NCBI GenBank assembly: GCA_021781555.1
Contig: JAJXWQ010000006.1
Coordinates: 1,560-65,559, forward strand
Reading direction: 5' to 3'
DNA length: 64,000 bases
From: a bacterium
Lineage (GTDB): Bacteria > Cyanobacteriota > Sericytochromatia > S15B-MN24 > VGJW01
Shown here one piece after another: positions 57,134-64,000 of the stretch. Positions within the stretch are counted from its first letter, which is position 1. The number at the start of each line of letters is the position of its first letter. The notes under the pieces are model-generated. The model saw nothing but the letters and a program-made list of their open reading frames with translations, was not told the origin of the DNA and searched no databases. A program made the translations under genes and the position numbers.

Positions 57134-60100
57134 TCAGAACGTCAAGGTGAAATGCCAGACGATGCTGAGGTCGGGGTCGAGCTCGACCACGTGGTTCGAG
57201 CCGGCGTGGTGCACCATCGTGCGCCCGCTGGGCAGCCGCCATGCGACGACCGGCGTGAGCATCTGGATGGCGAAGCGGCCCTTGCGGCCGAGGAACTCGG
57301 GCTCGCCTCCGTATTGCCAGGCGATCTGCTTGTCCGGGGTCACCTCGATGACCCGGTGATTTTGCGTGTCGCAGATGAGCGTGTTGCCGTTCTCGAGGCG
57401 CGACGCATGCTCGGGGTGGAAGAGCTGGTTGGGGCCCTTGCCGTTGTTCCCTAGCTGACCGTACTGCCAGACGGGCACCCCGCGATCGTTCACCTCGAGA
57501 ACCATGTGGGCGGACCAGTCCACGATCAGGACGTTGCCGTTGCCGATGCGAGCGGCGTAGGCGGGCCCCATCAGGCCTTCTTTGCGCCAGATGCACTCCT
57601 GGGCCGCGTTGACCTCGAGGACGCGGCGGTTGCCGAAGTCGGAGATGATGGTGGTGTGGGTGGGAGAGCGCTCGGCGCTGCGCGGGTTGGAGAGTTGCCG
57701 GTTGGAGTTGCCTTCCTCGCCGCGCTTGCCGAACTGCCAGACGACGGCGTTCTCCCGCACCTCGACCACGCGATGGTGATCGGTGTCCGTGACCAGCGTG
57801 TTGGCATTGGCCAGGCGAGCGCCCCAGTGGGGGTGCTCGATGCGGTTTCGCTCTCCGCCGACGAAACCGGTGAACTGCCAGACCACCTGCATGTTGCGGT
57901 CGATCTCGAGGATCCGGCTGCGCATCCGGTCCACCAGCAAGAAGGTTCCCGGGAGGTTGACCGGGAGTTCCTGGGCCACCGCGGACGTGGTGGGCTCGAC
58001 GACCGGGACCACGGCCTCCCGCACCGAGCCCGGAGCCCCGGCGGCAAGCGGCGTCGTATCGCCCTTGCTCGCGAGGTTGAACTCCCAGACGACCCGATGA
58101 TCGCCATCGACCTCGATGATTCCCGTCCGACCGGCGACGAGGGTGCGATTCTCGGGGGTCCGAAAGGCCAGGATCGGGTCACGAACGGCCTGACCGCCCC
58201 TCACGCCACCCGGCCGGTAATGCCATGAGATCTGCTTCATCGCGTCGATCTCGAGCACGCGCTGGTTGCCGGCGTCGACGATGAGCACGCTCTGGTTGTC
58301 GAGTCGCGTCGCCATCGAGGGCTCGGAAAGCTGGTTGATCCCGCTGCCCTGGCCCCCGCCGAGGCGATTGCCGTGGTTGCCGTACTGCCAGACGAGTTCG
58401 CCGGCCTCGTTGACTTCGACCACGCGGTGGTTGCCGGTGTCGGCGATGAGGGTGTTGCCGTTCTTGCCACGCCATGCGGCCTGGGGTTTGAAGAGGGTTC
58501 CGTGCGCGCAGCCGGCCTTGCCGAACTCGCCGTAGGACCAGGCGATCTCGCCCTTGGGCGTGACCACGATGATCCGGTGGTTGCCGGTATCGGCGATCAG
58601 GGTGTCGCCACTGGACAGGCGGCTGGCCCCCTTGGGGCCGCGAAGCTGATGGGTACGGTCGCCGCCGCCGAAGGCCCAGACGGGCTGAGAGGTCTTGGGA
58701 TCGACCTCGACGACCTTGCCGTTGGTCGAATCGACGACCAGGACGGTTCCGCCCGGGAGGTACGTCGCCCCGCCGGCCACGACGTTGCGGAGAGTCCAGC
58801 CCTCGCGCTTCTCGCGCAGAACCTCGACGACCTGACGGCGGATGGCGTCGACCATCAGCACGCGGCCAGCCTGCGGGCCCACCCAGCTGTCCACCGAGGT
58901 CGGGAAGTCCTTGACCTGCGGTCGGGATGCCGGCGGGGCCGCCGCCGGAGCCTGGGTGGCGGGACGAACCGAAGGTGGAATCGGGGCCGGCCTCGGCGCA
59001 GCCGCGGGTGCTTGCTGCTGCGGTTGGGCCGCGGGAGCCGGCGCGGCGGCCTGTGGCGGGGGAGCCGCTGGAGCCGCAGGCAGGGCGGCTCGCAGGGCAT
59101 GGAAGCGTTCCATCAAGATGGGATAGCGATCCGCGAGGAACGCGGCCAGCTCGTCCTCGGGGATCGGGACGACCTTGAGCCTGAGCCCTCCCGCGAGCTG
59201 GGCAGCAAGCTGCAAGGCCGTGGGATCGCGAGGATTGATCATCGCGACCAGAAGTTCCTCGCCCTCCCGGAACATCGGCACGATGCCCATCGTACGCATC
59301 ATCCGCTCGGGAACCTGGCCCAGCACCTGGGGATCGAGGCGCGGATCCATCAGCGGCGGGCCGCCCGGCCCGACCTCGCTGAGCTGCTTGATCTCGGCTG
59401 CGGTCGCAAAGCCCAGGTCGATGATGATCTGCTCGAGCGTGGGTTTGGCCGGGAGCCACTGCCGGGGCGGCGCAAGGCCGATCGTCAAGGGCAGTCTCTC
59501 GAGCGGGAAATCCCGGGCCACCTTCTTGCGCACGAGGTCGATCGCCACCAGTCGGTAGCGGTTGGCGATCTCGCCCTCCTGCACGGCCAGGTAGGCCAGC
59601 TGGCCGTCTGGCATGACGCGGAACGGCTCGAGCGGTGCCGCGGCGATCTTGCGCCCGGGGAGGTTGAGGAGGTGGCGGACCCGCAGGTCAGCCGTCGTCA
59701 CCGTGAGCAGACCGAGCTCGTCGTTGCCCTTGTAGAACACCAAGAAGAGCGTCTGGCCGTCCGAGGTCACGCCGATGGGCCCGAGCGGACCGGTCGGGAA
59801 GGCCTGGTGCCGGGTGCGCATCGTGGTGAGCTCTACGATCGTCAGCCTGGGGGTCAGGCCGTCCGTGATGAAGGCCAGGCGATCGTGGATGGCCACGCCG
59901 AGGGAGCGCTTGGCTCCGGGGGCCCGCAGCGAGAGCGCGCCGATCTGGCTGTTGGTGTTGGGCACCACCACGTGGACCGTCCCGGCGCCGCGGTTGGCCG
60001 CGACAACGAACTCGCCCGTCGGCGAGGCCGTGAGGTCCAACGGGCGGCTGGTGACCGCGCTCGGAGCCGCCAGCGGGCTGGGCAGCCAGGATACGGCTGG

Positions 60101-60562
60101 AGATTGCTCCCGGTCGGGCATGGCGCCCGGATACAGGAAGCTGCCCACCGGGGTGGGAAAGAGACCGAGGGCGGCCTGCGCCGGCGGACTCACGGTGGTC
60201 TGGATGGCTGGCTCCGTGGGGCTCACCACGAGGATCTGGCCACTCGACCAGCCGGGCCACTGGCCCGGATCGCCGATGGCCTCGGCCAGGGGGATCTGGC
60301 CCTCGACCTCGCCGGTCGTCGCGTCCAGCGCCTGCACGAGCACGCCCACGTGGTCGGCGACGAGGGCTCGCGGCACGGCGATGACGCTCCCGGCGTCGGC
60401 CGCCGAGAGTCGTTCCTGGGCTTCTGCCAGCTGTTCGGGGGTGAGGAGTTTGGCGGAAAGGAGGAGTTCAGCCAGGAGCTGGTCGTCGAATCCTGCTACA
60501 TCCTGTCCGGCGGCAGGCTCGACGGGAGGTGCGACCTCCCCGCCCGCCTCGCGGTCGGCCAT
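57134..60562 (-). CDS. 1142-aa cytoplasmic multi-domain protein: YVTN-type propeller, T2SSE_N/MshEN-like domain, Pro/Ala linker, two further beta-propellers
   Basis: ATG 60562 with AAGGAA upstream. No signal peptide. T2SSE_N-like segment VLGQVPERMMRTMGIVPMFREGEELLVAMINPRDPTALQLAAQLAGGLRLKVVPIPEDELAAFLADRY. About 12 blades of the form ...NGNTLIADTGNHRVVEV...G.VWQYG. Confidence 0.8.
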   Translation of the reverse strand: MADREAGGEVAPPVEPAAGQDVAGFDDQLLAELLLSAKLLTPEQLAEAQERLSAADAGSVIAVPRALVADHVGVLVQALDATTGEVEGQIPLAEAIGDPGQWPGWSSGQILVVSPTEPAIQTTVSPPAQAALGLFPTPVGSFLYPGAMPDREQSPAVSWLPSPLAAPSAVTSRPLDLTASPTGEFVVAANRGAGTVHVVVPNTNSQIGALSLRAPGAKRSLGVAIHDRLAFITDGLTPRLTIVELTTMRTRHQAFPTGPLGPIGVTSDGQTLFLVFYKGNDELGLLTVTTADLRVRHLLNLPGRKIAAAPLEPFRVMPDGQLAYLAVQEGEIANRYRLVAIDLVRKKVARDFPLERLPLTIGLAPPRQWLPAKPTLEQIIIDLGFATAAEIKQLSEVGPGGPPLMDPRLDPQVLGQVPERMMRTMGIVPMFREGEELLVAMINPRDPTALQLAAQLAGGLRLKVVPIPEDELAAFLADRYPILMERFHALRAALPAAPAAPPPQAAAPAPAAQPQQQAPAAAPRPAPIPPSVRPATQAPAAAPPASRPQVKDFPTSVDSWVGPQAGRVLMVDAIRRQVVEVLREKREGWTLRNVVAGGATYLPGGTVLVVDSTNGKVVEVDPKTSQPVWAFGGGDRTHQLRGPKGASRLSSGDTLIADTGNHRIIVVTPKGEIAWSYGEFGKAGCAHGTLFKPQAAWRGKNGNTLIADTGNHRVVEVNEAGELVWQYGNHGNRLGGGQGSGINQLSEPSMATRLDNQSVLIVDAGNQRVLEIDAMKQISWHYRPGGVRGGQAVRDPILAFRTPENRTLVAGRTGIIEVDGDHRVVWEFNLASKGDTTPLAAGAPGSVREAVVPVVEPTTSAVAQELPVNLPGTFLLVDRMRSRILEIDRNMQVVWQFTGFVGGERNRIEHPHWGARLANANTLVTDTDHHRVVEVRENAVVWQFGKRGEEGNSNRQLSNPRSAERSPTHTTIISDFGNRRVLEVNAAQECIWRKEGLMGPAYAARIGNGNVLIVDWSAHMVLEVNDRGVPVWQYGQLGNNGKGPNQLFHPEHASRLENGNTLICDTQNHRVIEVTPDKQIAWQYGGEPEFLGRKGRFAIQMLTPVVAWRLPSGRTMVHHAGSNHVVELDPDLSIVWHFTLTF

Positions 60563-60738
60563 CTGTGGTTCCTTTTGACGCGGCGAATGAACGTCCCTAT
60601 CATACCCTAGGAGCGTGCGGCGCGTTCGCGCCCCGCGGTCCAAGGGGTCCGGTTTTCGGTGACCGGGGGCCCACCTCGCGGGAAGTGGCCTTTCACGAGC
60701 CGCCGTGCGCCTCACGACACCCCCTGGCAGGAGAACGA

Positions 60739-60954
60739 ATGGCCGGTAATCCTCAAGCCCAGCAACCTCAACGCTCGCGGCTGCTCTGCCCGGTGATGAG
60801 TACCCAGGAGAAGGCCACGGCGTGCGTCGAACATACCTGCGCGCTGTGGAACACCCGCCATTCGACCTGCGGCCTGGCTGCTTCCGCGGTGGCGGTCGAG
60901 GTGGGGTTCGACGAGCTTTCCGGCATCATCCGCGACATCCGAGGCAAACTCTAG
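60739..60954 (+). CDS. hypothetical small Cys-rich protein (71 aa)
   Basis: ATG 60739 with AGGAGA 4 nt upstream. Cysteine pattern C-x11-C-x4-C-x9-C (LLCPVMSTQEKATACVEHTCALWNTRHSTCGL). Divergent from the propeller gene. Confidence 0.4.
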   Translation: MAGNPQAQQPQRSRLLCPVMSTQEKATACVEHTCALWNTRHSTCGLAASAVAVEVGFDELSGIIRDIRGKL

Positions 60955-61009
60955 ATCAAACGATCTGGCCGCCAGGCTCGGGCGCGTCTTTCGTTGCTTG
61001 CGGAACGGA

Positions 61010-61552
61010 TCAGGCGCGGGCGCCGAAGAACGAGAGGAATCGCTCGACGGCCAGCCGCCGCATGCTGTAGGCCTGTTTGAGCTCCGGCTCCATCTGGCCG
61101 AACGACGCCTCGGCGCCATCGGGGACGAAGATCTTGTCCCATCCGAACCCCCGATCGCCCTGCGGTGCGACGATCTTTCCGGCTACCGCGCCCTCGAAGA
61201 TCGCGACCTGGCCGTCCGGCGCCGCGTAGCCCAGCACGGTTCGAGCCACGGCGCGGTCGTTTCCGAGGGTGCTCGCCAGACGGGCGATTCCGGCATCCCC
61301 GAGGCGTTCGAGAAAGCACTTGATGAACGGTCCGGGCAGGCCGTTGAGTGCGTCCAGGTACAAGGAGGTGTCTTCGACCAGGAAGGCCCCGTCCTGGTGG
61401 CGGCGGGCCTCGGCGAGCTTGGCCGCGACGATCCTCCGGGCATCGAAGTCCTGGATCTCGGCCAGGTCGAGATCCAGCCGCTCGATCTCGGGCACGAGCG
61501 CCTGTACCTCGGCGAACTTGCCGGTGTTGCCGGTGATGAAGTAGAGCGTCAT
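61010..61552 (-). CDS. HAM1/ITPA-type non-canonical purine NTP pyrophosphatase
   Basis: ATG 61552. Motifs YFITGNTGKFAEV, VEDTSLYLDALNGLPGPFIK and RGFGWDKIFVPDG. Confidence 0.88.
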   Translation of the reverse strand: MTLYFITGNTGKFAEVQALVPEIERLDLDLAEIQDFDARRIVAAKLAEARRHQDGAFLVEDTSLYLDALNGLPGPFIKCFLERLGDAGIARLASTLGNDRAVARTVLGYAAPDGQVAIFEGAVAGKIVAPQGDRGFGWDKIFVPDGAEASFGQMEPELKQAYSMRRLAVERFLSFFGARA

Positions 61553-61581
61553 CCGTGGGTCTTTCGTGCGGCGGTGCGCCT

Positions 61582-62448
61582 TCAGGCAAAGGGGTTGTGC
61601 TGGCGCTCCTGGCCCACGGTTGTTTGCGGCCCGTGGCCAGGGCACAGGCGCGTGCTAGGGGCAAGATCGAGGATCCGGCGGATCGTCTCGAGGTGCACCG
61701 GATGATCCACCGGGCCACCGAAGGTGCGGCCGATGCTTCCGGCGAACAAGGTGTCGCCCACGAAGGCGATGCCTCCGGCTGCCGCCCCCGCGTCGCCTCG
61801 GTCGCCGACTGCGTAGATGCGGCCGCCGGCCGTGTGCCCCGGGGCAGCGATCACCGTGAGCTCGTGCCGACCGAAGGGTACGCGATCGTCGCCTGCGACA
61901 GGCCGTAGCGAGGGCGGCCGTCCGGTAGGGGCAAGCAGTTCGATGTCCTCGCTGCCGAGCAGGACCGGAAGATTCCACTTGCGGGCCAGGGCCGCTGCCT
62001 GGCCCACGTGGTCATGGTGGCCGTGCGTGACCGCGATGAGGTGAGGCTTCACGCCGAGGGCTTCGACCTCCATCAGGATCCGCGCGGCGTCGAATCCCGG
62101 ATCCACGACCACGGCCTCGACCTCGCCAGCGTGCCACAGGAGGTAGGTGTTGGAGGTGAATCCACCGGGCCCTGACAGCTGCAGGGAGCGGACCCGCCAG
62201 GGACCGGCGGCCTCGGACAGGGGGGCCGGCGCGTAGCGATTGCCCGCCAGGTCGACAAGGGCGGCACTCCGCAGGCCGAGTGCGTCGGCGAGGGCTGTCA
62301 CCTGGGCCTCGGCCGGGATGAATGCGCAGGCCTCGATCCGCTCGATATCCGGGGCCGGCACACCGCTCGCTGCGGCCAGTTGCCGGATTTCCAGCCCCTG
62401 GCCGCAGCGGGCCTTGGACACGACGTCGCCGAATTCGTCTTCGAGCAC
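61582..62448 (-). CDS. MBL-fold (glyoxalase II-like) hydrolase with an N-terminal XRE-type HTH domain
   Basis: The N-terminal ~65 aa are HTH-like ([27 protein letters not shown]). MBL motifs follow: [29 protein letters not shown] and CPGHGP. GTG start. Confidence 0.8.
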   Translation of the reverse strand: MLEDEFGDVVSKARCGQGLEIRQLAAASGVPAPDIERIEACAFIPAEAQVTALADALGLRSAALVDLAGNRYAPAPLSEAAGPWRVRSLQLSGPGGFTSNTYLLWHAGEVEAVVVDPGFDAARILMEVEALGVKPHLIAVTHGHHDHVGQAAALARKWNLPVLLGSEDIELLAPTGRPPSLRPVAGDDRVPFGRHELTVIAAPGHTAGGRIYAVGDRGDAGAAAGGIAFVGDTLFAGSIGRTFGGPVDHPVHLETIRRILDLAPSTRLCPGHGPQTTVGQERQHNPFA

Positions 62449-62595
62449 GGTCGCCAGCCTACCATGTTAAAATATGATGAAGCGCTGGCCGTCGCAGCCG
62501 CCGCGGGTATCGCCAGCGGGGGACCGGCACCAGCTCCAGAGCGCGGATGCCTTCGAGCGCCGCCCGGATCGATCGCCTATCAATCAGGAGGGACG

Positions 62596-63678
<1,083 letters not shown>

Positions 63679-63878
63679 TCGTCAGCGGCCTCGGCGAGCT
63701 GGCGCTGTGCCGCGCGCCGAGGTATCGAGGCTTCCCCCGCCCGAGGCGGGCTCTCCCACCTGGACGCTCGTGCCGTTGCTCTGCGCGGGACCGCTGGCGG
63801 GGGCGTAGGCGACATCGTAGGGCTGCGAGAGCCCGGTCACCAGCGTCTGGACCTTGAAGGCCGAGACCGTTACGACGG

Positions 63879-64000
63879 CTACTGGCCGTGGCCGTTCCGC
63901 TGGGCCTCGCTCAGGCGGACGAAGATCCCGGGGTTGCGGCGCAGGAACGTGGCCATACCCCTGCGGCTCATCCGGTACACCAGGGCATCCGTCAGGGCCC
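63879..64000 (-). CDS. 3' end of an unidentified gene running off the window
   Basis: Open frame with strong GC3 ending at TAG 63879-63881. Translation: ...ALTDALVYRMSRRGMATFLRRNPGIFVRLSEAQRNGHGQ*. No family recognised. Confidence 0.3.
   Translation of the reverse strand, partial: ALTDALVYRMSRRGMATFLRRNPGIFVRLSEAQRNGHGQ

Noticed and set aside
55700-62450. Possible defence or mobile island, based on a cluster of unassigned genes, a YaeQ-like nuclease fold and a HAM1 NTPase.
   Set aside because: There is no integrase, transposase, tRNA border, helicase, methylase or other defence hallmark. GC content and codon bias look the same as the rest of the window. HAM1, the MBL hydrolase and fbaB are housekeeping-type genes.
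63682-63878. Minus-strand open frame with high GC3 (…VSAFKVQTLVTGLSQPYDVAYAPASGPAQSNGTSVQVGEP…) between fbaB and the partial gene at the window end.
   Set aside because: There is no ATG start. The only in-frame start is a GTG giving ~50 aa, with no SD. The frame is simply open through the upstream stop of another frame. It could be a gene remnant, but this is not supportable.

Overview
GC-rich chromosomal segment (codon third positions are almost all G/C) from a flagellated, apparently diderm bacterium. I found no rRNA, tRNA, CRISPR array, integrase or transposase gene. Gene order, left to right: (1) glycolytic cluster gap-pgk-tpiA-gpmI. (2) A convergent, compact, very divergent flagellar operon on the minus strand: flgD-flgE-fliM-[membrane SpoA protein]-fliN-fliO-fliP-fliQ-fliR. 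(3) A GlsB/YeaQ membrane protein, an 845-aa HEAT-repeat protein, an ABC1/UbiB kinase and a secreted Big_2/propeller lipoprotein. (4) An acyl-CoA operon: thiolase-hbd-two acyl-CoA dehydrogenases-meaB-icmF-B12 domain-DUF503. (5) A long minus-strand run: LpxL-like fusion, TolB-like protein, small Gly-rich protein, ArnT-like glycosyltransferase, ogt, degenerate DnaB_C/RecA-like protein, orphan histidine kinase, EndoIII-like protein. (6) A 2382-aa all-TPR protein, then pdxJ. (7) An orphan rod/hook-family gene and an NHL lipoprotein. (8) An XDH-family molybdoenzyme operon (FAD, 2Fe-2S, Mo subunits). (9) A 1142-aa cytoplasmic multi-propeller protein with a T2SSE_N-like domain. (10) A HAM1 NTPase, an HTH-MBL hydrolase and the class I aldolase fbaB. 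Most notable observations: (i) a polytopic membrane protein carrying a FliN-type SpoA domain sits in the fliY slot of the flagellar operon; (ii) a ~105-bp CTAG-bounded hairpin repeat family (MITE/REP-like) occupies six intergenic loci, includes two tandem arrays, and its terminal CTAG coincides with two gene stop codons; (iii) a DnaB_C/RecA-like protein with a destroyed Walker A is embedded between DNA-repair genes and an orphan kinase; (iv) a large ATPase-less T2SSE_N plus triple-propeller protein; (v) a meaB-icmF-orphan B12 domain arrangement. Many long ORFs in the six-frame track are antisense GC artefacts. All family calls come from reading motifs by eye, with no database search.
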